DNA of 63,082 nt, filler included, from Octopus bimaculoides (lineage: Eukaryota), in assembly GCF_001194135.2 (NCBI RefSeq). It is 6 parts of 5 records of this genome, joined end to end, with 100 filler letters (N's around TTAATTAATTAA, not from the genome) between each part and the next. Parts side by side here need not be neighbours in the genome. Positions count along the whole stretch, not along the records: positions 1 to 11,230 come from NC_068983.1; positions 11,331 to 32,781 come from NC_068999.1; 4 more parts are not named here. One strand, given 5' to 3'. The notes beneath the pieces are model-generated. The model was not told the DNA's origin. It made no database searches and saw nothing but the letters and a program-made list of their open reading frames with translations. Below are positions 1-11,344 of this stretch, in pieces (the stretch's first letter is position 1; every line of letters begins with the position of its first letter). The position numbers and the translations under genes are program-made.

Positions 1-705
1 TATATATATGATGATGGTGAAGATGATGACGATGGTGGTGGTGGTGGTGGTGGTGGTGGTGGTGGTGGTGGTGGTGAAGATGATGAAGATGATGACGTAG
101 TGATGCAGATAAATATGATAGCGATGATAGCACTGATGATGTTACAGTTGATGACACTGATGATGATGATGATACGGACGATAAGGATGGCGAAGCTGTA
201 GCAACATGTGACAACAATGGTATTGATGGTAGAAATAGTGTTGACGATGATGGTGATGTTGATGATAGTACAATCAGTAGCAATCTGTCATGGATTGATG
301 ATCGCAAAAGATATCCACGATGATGATGGTGATGACGATGAATGGTTTATGTCAATCAATGAAACGGTGGGTGGTGGTGGTGGTGGTGGTGGTGGTGGGG
401 GTGATGTAACTACGGTGATGATGATTTCGATGATGATGATGATGACGATGTGGATGATGAGGAGGACAACGACGATGACGAACGACTATGATGATGACCA
501 ATAATATGTTGATGACGATGTTCGTGATGACGACTGTGATGAGTATGATGATGATGATGATGATGATGATGATATTTAATGTGGAAATGTCCATGTTGAT
601 GAGGAATGACGATGACGAGGATGGTGATAAAAATCACCACCACCACCATGACGACGACGACGACGACGTCGACGATGACAAAGATGAAATACTGCGACGA
701 CGATG
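1..705. repeat. Compound trinucleotide microsatellite field (GAT/GGT/GAC/CAC)
   Basis: Long runs of ggt, gat and gac; the overlapping ORFs are homopolymeric translations of these runs. Confidence 0.95.
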
Positions 706-739
706 ATCTTCAAATCATTCCGTCATTCCGTCGCGTAAA

Positions 740-775
740 TAATATCTCTCTTGAAATTGCCCCACTTCTCTCTCG

Positions 776-823
<48 letters not shown>

Positions 824-1380
824 CACCGTCTCTCTCTGTCTCTCTCAATTTCCCTCTCTTTCTCATTCTCTCCCTATCTCTGTCTCACAAACCCACTCTT
901 TCATACTCGCTCTCTCTTTCTCTCTCTCCTTTTCTCTTACTCTGTCTTCCTTCTACCAACAGCATATCTCTCTCTCTCTCATACACCGTCTCTCTCAATT
1001 TCCCTCTCTCTCATATACACTCTCTCTCTCTCACTCACTCTCTCATCTCTCTCCCTCTTTCTCACTAACTCACTCTTTCATACTCGCTCTCTCTCTCTCT
1101 CTTTTTCTCTTACTCTGTCTTCCTTCTACCAACACTGTCTCTCTCTCTCTCTCTCTCAATTTCCCCCTCTCTCATACACTCTCTCTCTCATATACATTCT
1201 CTCTCTCTCATATACACTCTCTTCCTCTCTCTCACTCTCCTTTCTCCCAACACCATCAATACAGCCACACCCCTCATCTCTCTCAATCTCCCCCTCAACC
1301 TCTTTCACTCCCCTCCCCCCTCTCTCTCTCTTTCTCTCCCTTCTACCAACACCCATCCACCCCCCACTATCCCACATTAA
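740..1380. repeat. CT-rich region containing a degenerate ~175-bp tandem unit
   Basis: cactctttcatactcgctctctct occurs at ~895 and ~1072; ttttctcttactctgtcttccttctaccaaca occurs at ~931 and ~1103; a partial third copy is near 1332. Confidence 0.8.
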
Positions 1381-1689
1381 TTTAATACGAAATTAAGATT
1401 TTTTGGCCATTTCTCATCGGTGTTAAAGTCGCCATTTCATATTCGCATGTTTTTACAAGTGTAATTTCCCTATTGACGCACACCATATCTGTTTCTTGTT
1501 GCGTTTGTTCTGTTATTCCATTCTTTATTGTATTTTCTTTTCATTCTTCTTTTTTCCTTCTTTTTTTGTTTCGTTTTTCTCCCCCCACCCCTTCACCACC
1601 ACCTTTGTCGATTTTGCTGTTCTTTTTTTTTCCCCATATTATCGTAGCGATGTCTTTCATTTTGAATTCTATTTCTGTTAGTTATCTTC

Positions 1690-1764
1690 GTCATTATTAT
1701 CATCAGCATCATCATCGTCGTCGTCGTCGTCATCATCATCATCATCATCATCATCATTATCATC

Positions 1765-1820
<56 letters not shown>

Positions 1821-1974
1821 CGTATCCTCTGCCCTTCATTTATTGCTCTGGTGGAAAATAAAAGAAATTGTCGTCGTCATCATCATCATCATCATCATCC
1901 TCATCATCATCATCATCACCACCACCACCACCACCACCACCACTACCACCGCCACCACCACCACCATCATCATC

Positions 1975-2035
<61 letters not shown>

Positions 2036-2459
2036 CTGTTGTTGTTATTATTGCTATTGTTATTGTCGTTGTTGTTATTGTCGTGTTGTGTTTATTATTT
2101 GTGGTAGTGGTGTGTAGAGATTTTTCTATCATTTTTTTTCTATCCTTTTTTTTCTCTCATTCTGTTTTTTGAATAAATTGTCTGCGTAATCTAAACAACA
2201 ACTTCATATTAGTCGTTTTTGAAATCATCCCAAACACCAACATCACCAGCGCAAAGCAGCAGCACCACCACCACCACCACCACGAGCATCAACACCAACA
2301 ACAACAACATCAATAACAACAACCGCAACAATGGCTGCTACTAACGCCAAGTTCCCAAACCCCCAAAACTTATCATTTCGCATTCATTAGAATCTTGCAG
2401 CAGATCACGGCGTTAGAATTTTTATTAAAAACTAATTAAAAAATAAAAAACAAAAAAAC

Positions 2460-2546
<87 letters not shown>

Positions 2547-2686
2547 AAGAAGAAGAAGAAGAAGAAGAAGAAGATGATGATGATGATGATGATGATTTCC
2601 ATTATTTTCGACCCGGGCGATGGATGAGGGGGCACAATGCAAGAACAGACATAAAGTGTGGGTGTTTGCATGTAATGAAATGATAA

Positions 2687-2730
<44 letters not shown>

Positions 2731-2814
2731 TAATGATGATGATGATGATGATGATGATGATTAGTATTAGTAGCAGTAGTAGTAGTGGTAGTGGTGGTGA
2801 TGGTGGGGGTGATG

Positions 2815-2865
<51 letters not shown>
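1690..2865. repeat. Compound trinucleotide microsatellites (CAT/CGT/TAT/CAC/TGT; AAT/GAA/GAT/TAG)
   Basis: Direct reading of 1700-2090, 2460-2600 and 2685-2865. Confidence 0.95.
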
Positions 2866-3314
2866 TTTGAAATTCTTTGCTTTCGTTTTCGGTTTTACTT
2901 TTTTCTTCGTGCTCTTTGACGAGTTTGGTGTGGGTCTTTTCTCCTTTTGCTGGGAAATGAAAAAATTTAATGTGAAACCGAAAATTCTGGCTCATTGGTC
3001 ATGTATGCATGCCTACATATGTGTGTGTATTTTTGTGAATATATATATATGTGTATGTGTGTTTATGTGTGTGCATATATATGTGTGTGGAGTTATTGAA
3101 CGAATAAGTGACGGGACGTATTTTATTGTATCACGTTGGCAATTTTCTGTGATCGCCATTGCAAGTGTGCAGTTACTGATTAAAGCTAGATTAAGAAGCT
3201 CTTTCCCCTTTATTGTACATCAAAATGAGCAGTGGAAATTTGATTAACAGCGTACAGATTATTTGGAATTTAGTCAACGTGGACGCAGCTTTCTGAAAAT
3301 TTCGTCAGTCAGGT

Positions 3315-3703
3315 TGTTGTTGGCACTCCATCGCTTACGACGTCGAGGGTTCCAGTTGATCCGATCAACGGAACAGCCTGCTCGTGAAATTAACGTGCAA
3401 GTGGCTGAGTACTCCACAGACACGTGTACTCTTAACGCAGTTCTCAGGGATATTCAGCGTGACACAGTGTGACAAGGCTGACCCTTTGAATTACAGGCAC
3501 AACAGAAACAGGAAGTAAGAGTGAGAGAAAGTTGTGGTGAAAGAGTACAGCAGGGTTCGCCACCATCCCCTGCCGGAGCCTCGTGGAGCTTTAGGTGTTT
3601 TTGCTCAATAAATACTCACAACGCTCGGTCTGGGAATCGAAACCGCGATCCTATGACCGCGCGCGAGTCCGCTGCCCTAATCACTGGGCCATTGCGCCTC
3701 CAC
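3315..3703 (-). mobile_element. Full-length tRNA-derived SINE (family 1) with a perfect 12-bp TSD
   Basis: The minus strand starts gtggaggcgcaatggcccagtg (A box), carries a GGTTTCGATTCCC B box and ends in a CAA tail. TSD cgtcagtcaggt is at 3303-3314 and 3704-3715. Near-identical to the copy at 36098-36484. Confidence 0.92.
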
Positions 3704-4047
3704 CGTCAGTCAGGTAACGCTGCAATAAACAGTAAGCTTAAGTTTGACATATTTTTTCTAAAGTTTCACTAGATCCATGCCAGCTTGAGATTTAATTACT
3801 CATAGAAGTTATCTAATTATAAACGCAGACACACACGCATACATACATAAATACATACATACATGCACACACACACAAGCGCTCGCACGTACGTATACAT
3901 ACAGTTTACAGTATATCTTCCATGTACATATAGATGTACGAATGCCACTGTTAGTTTAGAGTTCCAAACCAATAACAATAGTCCAGTCCGCTTCCAGTGG
4001 AGTGGTTAAGCAACAAATATACTCCGTAATACTATTTGTTATACAAA

Positions 4048-4484
4048 GTGGTGAGCTGGCAGAAACGTTAGCACGCCGGGCGAAATGCCTAACGGTATTT
4101 CGTCTGTCTTTACGTTCTCAATTCAAATACCACCGAGGTCGACTTTGCCTTTCATCCTTTCAGGGTCGATAAATTAAGTACCAGGTACGCACTGGGGTCG
4201 ATGTAATCGACTTAATCCCTTTGTCTGTTCTTGTTTGTCCCCTCTATGTTCAGCCCCTTGTGGGCAATAAAGAAATAAGAAACTTTAGCACGCCGGGCGA
4301 AATGCTTAGCGGTATTTCGTTTGCCGTTACGTTCTGAGTTCAAATTCCGTCGAGGTCGACTTTGCCGTTCATCCTTTCGGGGTCGATAAATAAAGTACTA
4401 GTTGCGTGATGGGGTCGATGTAATCGACTTGTCCACTCCCCCAAAAATTTCGGGTCTTGTGCCAAGAATACAGAAGAATATTAC
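4048..4484 (+). mobile_element. SINE family 2, head-to-tail dimer
   Basis: Two heads (...ttagcacgccgggcgaaatgc...gttcaaattcc B box), each followed by the core gtcgactttgcctttcatcctttcggggtcgataaa. The core resembles the Meta/Sauria-SINE central domain (inference). The two units have different tails; junction ~4279. Confidence 0.85.
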
Positions 4485-4905
4485 TTGTTATAATGTATAA
4501 GGCAATTGTAGGAGAAATTACGATAAACATTATTTTTATGTTACCTGTTCCTACGCGCGTTTCACCATTATGGCTGTTTGGAACCTCCGTACTGGATGTT
4601 CCAGGTGCCATCGGATGCTTCAGTCAATGGATCATCAAGGGAATATTCTATTGCATTATTTCGTAGAGAGCTAATGTCAGACGTTGGGTAGACGGTGAGG
4701 TATCTTTTAAGTATTTTCAGAGGAAAGTAAACGAGAGAGCTATGGGTAGAAAAAGATATCGAGGGTCGATGGGACACGAGAAAGGGAGAAAGAAACAGGA
4801 GAGCGTAAAGGGGAAAGAAAAGACAAAAATAGAGAACAAATAAAAAGATGAGAGAAAAAGGAGAGGAGAAACCGAACAGTCTTCTTCCAGACCCCTATTT
4901 GTATG

Positions 4906-4940
<35 letters not shown>

Positions 4941-5641
4941 ATATANNNNNNNNNNNNNNNNNNNNNNNNNNNNNNNNNNNNNNNNNNNNNNNNNNNNNNN
5001 NNNNNNNNNNNNNNNNNNNNNNNNNNNNNNNNNNNNNNNNNNNNNNNNNNNNNNNNNNNNNNNNNNNNNNNNNNNNNNNNNNNNNNNNNNNNNNNNNNNN
5101 NNNNNNNNNNNNNNNNNNNNNNNNNNNNNNNNNNNNNNNNNNNNNNNNNNNNNNNNNNNNNNNNNNNNNNNNNNNNNNNNNNNNNNNNNNNNNNNNNNNN
5201 NNNNNNNNNNNNNNNNNNNNNNNNNNNNNNNNNNNNNNNNNNNNNNNNNNNNNNNNNNNNNNNNNNNNNNNNNNNNNNNNNNNNNNNNNNNNNNNNNNNN
5301 NNNNNNNNNNNNNNNNNNNNNNNNNNNNNNNNNNNNNNNNNNNNNNNNNNNNNNNNNNNNNNNNNNNNNNNNNNNNNNNNNNNNNNNNNNNNNNNNNNNN
5401 NNNNNNNNNNNNNNNNNNNNNNNNNNNNNNNNNNNNNNNNNNNNNNNNNNNNNNNNNNNNNNNNNNNNNNNNNNNNNNNNNNNNNNNNNNNNNNNNNNNN
5501 NNNNNNNNNNNNNNNNNNNNNNNNNNNNNNNNNNNNNNNNNNNNNNNNNNNNNNNNNNNNNNNNNNNNNNNNNNNNNNNNNNNNNNNNNNNNNNNNNNNN
5601 NNNNNNNNNNNNNNNNNNNNNNNNNNNNNNNNNNNNNNNNN

Positions 5642-5682
<41 letters not shown>

Positions 5683-6007
5683 AACACACAACTAATTCAA
5701 AGAGCGGAGAAAAAGACAAGAAAATACAAAAACGTGAGGACGTAGCACATGTAAAGTATTAATAAGACGCTCAGACAAGGATAAGAGTGGTTGTTTTACG
5801 TTTCGAGCAAAGTTCTTCTTCGGAAACAGGAAACATGGATTATTGGTGAGTTTTTTTCCTCTTTTTTTTCCTTTTTCTTGTGTCCTTCCTATGCTCTCAG
5901 AAAGCCCATAAGAAAGAAATTTAAAAAACGACCCGTTGGTGGGTCGTGCGGGACTCGCTAGCATACCACTACGACCAACCGGCAGGACGTGTGGGAGGCA
6001 ACATGTT

Positions 6008-6228
6008 AAGGCGGTAAGCAGGAAGAACCGCTAGGACGCTGGACGAAATGCTTAGCCGTATTTCATCCGTCGCTGCGTTCCGAGTTCAAATCCCGCCGAT
6101 GTTGACTATCCATTTCATCCTTTCGGATGTCGATAAATTAAGTACCAGTCAAGTACAGGAGTCGATGTGATCGTCTATCCCCTTCCCCTCAAATTCCAGG
6201 CCTTGTGCCTATAGTAGAAAGGATTGTT
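6008..6228 (+). mobile_element. SINE family 2 monomer
   Basis: Same head and core; tail ggccttgtgcctatagtagaaaggatt. Confidence 0.85.
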
Positions 6229-6329
6229 AATTTAGTGTTGTCGACTGCGTAGATGTTAATGTTACAGATATTACATGTTTGGAAAATATGTTTATTATTA
6301 TCCACCAAAGATTTTGTATTTTCCACCAC

Positions 6330-6485
6330 TTCTGACGAAGGAGCAATTTAAGTGTGGACGTTGCCTTTTCATCCTTTCGATGTTGGTAAAATAAATACCA
6401 TCTGAGCACTGAGGGTTCGATCTAATCGACTTAAACCGTGCCCCGAAATTTCTTGCCTTGCGGGAAAATTTGAAATCATTATTAT
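6330..6485 (+). mobile_element. SINE family 2, degenerate 5'-truncated copy
   Basis: catcctttcgatgttggtaaaataaatacc...tcgatctaatcgactt core. Confidence 0.65.
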
Positions 6486-6923
6486 CGAAATTATCTTCCC
6501 TTTTAACCAGAGTAAAAACTGTTGAAAATAATTTCTGCTGTGAAAGCAAAGCGCAATATACAAAAAAAAAAAAACCGCCTGTTTTGCAGTTGTTACTTGT
6601 TTGGTGAGTTACTTGATCTGAGTTTATTGAAACTGAAACAATTACAACATTAGTGGAGTCGTCTTAGCTATTTAAAAACACACAGAAACTCTTACGTTTT
6701 CTCTTAGTTTAGTTCTTATCACAATAACGAAATACTTGAAATGTAACTATAACGGTCTTTGTGTGTGTGTGCTCCCGCGTGCGCCTGTGTTTGTTCTTCA
6801 ATGTCTTTAGTGAGTCTTCTACCATGTAAGATTTATTTCTCTAAAAAAGAAAGATTTACAAACGAAAAATAATTTATACGTGTTTTCTTTCTTAAAATAT
6901 AAAAATGAAGATAACAAGTCTAA

Positions 6924-7339
6924 TCCCATTATGTTTAATTAAGCCCATCGCTCCCGATGGGGCGGCGAATTTTCTCCACTATTTTCGACTCTGCCGGTCT
7001 TCTCTGCTTTTTTCAAATTGGATGTCTACTCTTTCAGCTTTGCCTCAAAACCCCGCTGCACGTTTCCCCGAAGGAAGGCTTCCCTCTCTCAGATCTTGTT
7101 GGTTTTCAATTGTATTCAATATTTCTGTAGTTTCACATTCTTCTAAGTAGGGATGTTGGCCCTACGCAAACCCATTTTTACCTCTGAGAAGAAGAGGTCC
7201 TTATTAATCTGACCCCTATTTGTTGAATTGTTCAACATGTGAGGCCCTTCCGGGTGCTCACACTTTCACTATATTTGTTTTCAGGGTCATTGAGGCACAC
7301 AAGCCACCATTCCACAACATGGATGGGACCTCGTGGTGG
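6924..7339 (-). mobile_element. Putative internally deleted RTE-LINE derivative (5' UTR joined to ORF2 3' end)
   Basis: Minus strand 6940-7140 gives degenerate ...FEAKLKE...AEKT...PIGSDG, similar to an RTE ORF2 C-terminus. 7150-7330 resembles an RTE 5' UTR. aagtctaa at 6916-6923 and 7340-7347 may be a TSD. Confidence 0.4.
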
Positions 7340-7659
7340 AAGTCTAACTTAGGTTTAGGGCAATAATTTTTCTTTTAATTTTTAAGATATGTACATGCAA
7401 GTTGTCTTTCTGCGGTAGAAAATTTATGGTATAAACGTTTAGATTTGTAATTTAATTTATTCGATACAAGAATGATGGATAACATTTCAAATTTGTAAGG
7501 CCTTTAATCGGTGCCATTATAATGAATAATGTTTTAAATTATTTGTAAATCTTTTTAATCAACTCCAGAAGAATGAATAAGGCCTGAAATATGCGGATCC
7601 ATTCCATCGAAACCTGAAGCATAGATAAGGCCTCAAATGCATAAGAACATTCATTTCGA

Positions 7660-8800
7660 TGTAACAAGGGTGAATTACAAAGTCGATGCCAGTGACTTTT
7701 GAACTAAGAATGTGAAATGCGTCTCTAAAACATTTTGTCTGTGGTAATAACGATTCTGCCACGCATTGCTCTTAAGTCCCAAAATAATAATTGTATCAAA
7801 TATTGGCACAAGGTTAGCAATTTTATGAGGCGGGGACAGTCGATTACATCCTTCTTTCCCGCCAGTCTTTGAATTGTACTTTACTTTATCGACTCCGAAA
7901 GGATGAAAAGTAAAGTTGGCCTCAGTGGAATTTGAACTCAGAATGTGAAAAGTCAGACACTCAAATGATTCTGCTCGCTCACCTCTTTATGGTTTCAACT
8001 TTTCGTACCAGGCCAGCAGTTTTTAGTAGAATGCGTTAATCAATTACATCGACTCACAGTGTTCAGCTAGTACTTATTTTATCGACCCCAAAGGGATGAA
8101 AGACAAAGTCGACCCCGGCGGAATGTGAACTCAGAAAGTAAAAACGGATGAAATGTCGCTAAGCATTTTGTCCGGTGTGATAACAATTCAACCAACAATG
8201 ATAATCCTTTCTACTATAGGCACATGGCCTGACATTTTGGTGGGGGGAATCGGGTAAGTCGATTATATCGACCCCAATACTCAACTGGTAATTAATTTAT
8301 CGACCCCAAAAGGATGAAAGGCAAAGTCGACCTCGGCGGAATTTGAACTCAGAACGTAGCGACGGACGAAATACCGCTAAGCATTTCGTCCAGCGTGCTA
8401 ATTATTCTGTCAGCTCATCGCCTTAACTAGCAATAATAATAACAATAATAATAATAATAATAATATTCCATTCTACTGTAGGCACAAGGCCTGAAATTGG
8501 GGGGATGGGATTCAGTCGATTACATCGACACCAGTGTGTAACTGGTACTTATTTAATCGACCCGGAAAGGATGAAAGGCAAAGTCGACCCCGGTGGAATG
8601 TGAACTCAGAAAGTAAAGACCGGCGTGATAACAATTCTGCCAGCTCACCTCCTTAACTAACGATAATGATATCAGATTTTGGCTATGAGGCAAACAATTC
8701 TAGTGGGCGTAGGCCAGGCGATTACATTTACCCCAGAAAGATGTAAAACAAAGTTGACCCGCGGTACGATTTGAACTCAGAACGCGAAGAGTTGGAACAA
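7660..8800 (-). mobile_element. Cluster of about six same-orientation SINE family 2 copies
   Basis: The reverse-complement core (tttatcgaccccgaaaggatgaaaggcaaagtcgac...gaactcagaa) recurs at ~7670, 7890, 8080, 8300, 8560 and 8740; several copies are separated by (AAT)n tails. Confidence 0.85.
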
Positions 8801-9749
8801 GAACTCTCTATCGCCGGGCTTTTTTGCAAGGCAACATAAATAAATACAAATAACGCGTCGTTTTGTTCGGCTCTCTAGCGATGTTTGCATANNNNNNNNN
8901 NNNNNNNNNNNNNNNNNNNNNNNNNNNNNNNNNNNNNNNNNNNNNNNNNNNNNNNNNNNNNNNNNNNNNNNNNNNNNNNNNNNNNNNNNNNNNNNNNNNN
9001 NNNNNNNNNNNNNNNNNNNNNNNNNNNNNNNNNNNNNNNNNNNNNNNNNNNNNNNNNNNNNNNNNNNNNNNNNNNNNNNNNNNNNNNNNNNNNNNNNNNN
9101 NNNNNNNNNNNNNNNNNNNNNNNNNNNNNNNNNNNNNNNNNNNNNNNNNNNNNNNNNNNNNNNNNNNNNNNNNNNNNNNNNNNNNNNNNNNNNNNNNNNN
9201 NNNNNNNNNNNNNNNNNNNNNNNNNNNNNNNNNNNNNNNNNNNNNNNNNNNNNNNNNNNNNNNNNNNNNNNNNNNNNNNNNNNNNNNNNNNNNNNNNNNN
9301 NNNNNNNNNNNNNNNNNNNNNNNNNNNNNNNNNNNNNNNNNNNNNNNNNNNNNNNNNNNNNNNNNNNNNNNNNNNNNNNNNNNNNNNNNNNNNNNNNNNN
9401 NNNNNNNNNNNNNNNNNNNNNNNNNNNNNNNNNNNNNNNNNNNNNNNGACAACAGAAATGACAATATTTTCTGATGGTGGTAATTGTGGTGGTGGTGGTG
9501 GTTTTGAGTTCGCTTATGAATGTCTGTATTTTTTTTTTCTTGTAAACTTTTTTTCCTTTATTTATTTTGGTCCTGCATAAGAAAAAAGAAACCATTATTA
9601 TGGTAGTTATTATTATAATAATCATCTTTATAATACCACATTATTAAGCATCGGTATCATATCGATAATAAAGAAAACATGGAAGCCATTTTCAATAATG
9701 TTTCGGGCTCTTTTTATGTTCATTTTAAATAAATTTTTTCTAATTTATT

Positions 9750-10445
9750 TATTTATTCATTTGTTTGTTTATTGATGGATTTGCTTGGCTCGCAGAGTAT
9801 TTTGCGTTTGTTTTTTGTTAATCTGCAATTTGCGTGTTTATATGTTTGTGTATTGGTGCGTATGTATATGTTTATGTATATATATATATATATGCATATG
9901 TGTATGTAGAAAGTGCGCGAATATGTTTGTGTGTCTGTATATGCGACCATGTCTATAGGCATGCATATATGTATACATGCTTTTGTGCGTATATGTATGT
10001 ACGTATGTACGAGTACGTGTTTCTGTATGTATGTTGCGTACATGCGTGGTACGCACGATTGTGAGTGTACGTGTGTATGTGCACCTGTGTGCAGTTATTA
10101 ATGTATATACGTGTGTGCGCGTGTATGTAAGCTCATGTACGCTTTCGACTGTATAATTGTGTGATGTGTGCATGTATGTGTCCACGTATGTGCAAGCATA
10201 CGTGTTTGTACGTATGTTTGAGTGACTGTAGAGCATGCGCTCGTGTGTGTGTGTGTGTTTTCCTTTTTGCCTGTTGGTGTGGTTGTTGTTTCCAATACCG
10301 CTGTTGTCCTTGTTTCTGCCCTTACTGCGGTCATTGTTGCTGATGTTGCTGATGTTGCTGTTGCAGGTTACCGCTACTGCTGTGACGACTATCACTTCTA
10401 CCTCTACTATTGCTGCTGCTGCTGCTGCTGCTGCTGCTACACCTA
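9750..10445. repeat. Degenerate (TG/TATG/TACG)n low-complexity tract and (TGC)n
   Basis: Direct reading. Confidence 0.85.
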
Positions 10446-10804
10446 ATTGATAAAGACCAGGTTTAGCCGAGAAGCAAATTGATCCGTCGAGACCTGTAGC
10501 TCACCAGACTGCAGATAATAACCACTCACGCACTACAGAACAAAGTTAGTTCAGATATTAAATTCTTTTAATTGTCTCAATAACTTCCAGCTTTCATTTT
10601 CACTTTCGCTTTCACTTTCCTTTACCCTAGTTATTTCAAAGTTGGTTTGGGCGGTAGAGGGAGGTAGTATCTGTGTGGTGGGTGCAGATTGATGAGGGTT
10701 GGGTCAGTTGTATGTGTGCTATTTACTCCTTTTTTTTTTCTTCCTTTTTTTAATTCTTTTATACAAGTAATAAGGATTTCTAGAAGAAGCACAATGTCAC
10801 ATAT

Positions 10805-10950
10805 TTCGGAGACATGGGGAGGAGTAGAGTCGATTTAAATATTTCATTGGTACTTATTTTATCGACCCAACGATAGGATGAAAGGGAAAGTTAACCTCTG
10901 TGTGATTTGAACTCAGACCATAAACAAACATAACGAAACACTACAGCACA
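10805..10950 (-). mobile_element. SINE family 2, degenerate copy
   Basis: tggtacttattttatcgaccc...ggatgaaagggaaagtt...tttgaactcaga. Confidence 0.7.
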
Positions 10951-11230
10951 TTAAATCCGACCTTCCATCGATTCAACTAGTCATCCACTGCTCTCAGTTT
11001 ATTAATAACATTGTCAGAAAACATTGAAAATAAAGCCACAAGTGTCAGAGGAGGAGGTAGTCAAATAGAACAAACTCCTCCTTCTTTTTCTAATGTTGAC
11101 TGCTAAGTGTTTGACATACACACCCGACCGCCCAGGAAAGACGAAATATATAATTCAATCTCGCTGAAATTTGAACTAATAACGTTATGCTAATAATAAG
11201 GTTCCATTATATATATATATATATATATAT

Positions 11231-11330
11231 NNNNNNNNNNNNNNNNNNNNNNNNNNNNNNNNNNNNNNNNNNNNTTAATTAATTAANNNNNNNNNNNNNN
11301 NNNNNNNNNNNNNNNNNNNNNNNNNNNNNN
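11231..11330. other. Assembly spacer (44 N + TTAATTAATTAA + 44 N)
   Basis: Exactly 100 bp; the same spacer is at 32782-32881, 43820-43919, 51393-51492 and 57963-58062. Confidence 0.95.
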
Positions 11331-11344
11331 ATATATATATATAT

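Noticed and set aside
208-3247. Many 60-260 aa ORFs
   Set aside because: They are translations of tri- and dinucleotide microsatellites, open in several frames and on both strands, with no domain or splice support.
4848-5762. Long ORFs of 200-550 aa here and at 8777-9625, 33117-33884, 44990-45801, 46585-48000, 49120-50103, 59030-60113 and 61113-62768
   Set aside because: They are open only because they run through N gaps.
11275-11286. TTAATTAATTAA as a conserved regulatory motif
   Set aside because: It is always centred in exactly 44+44 N; it is a scaffolding linker.
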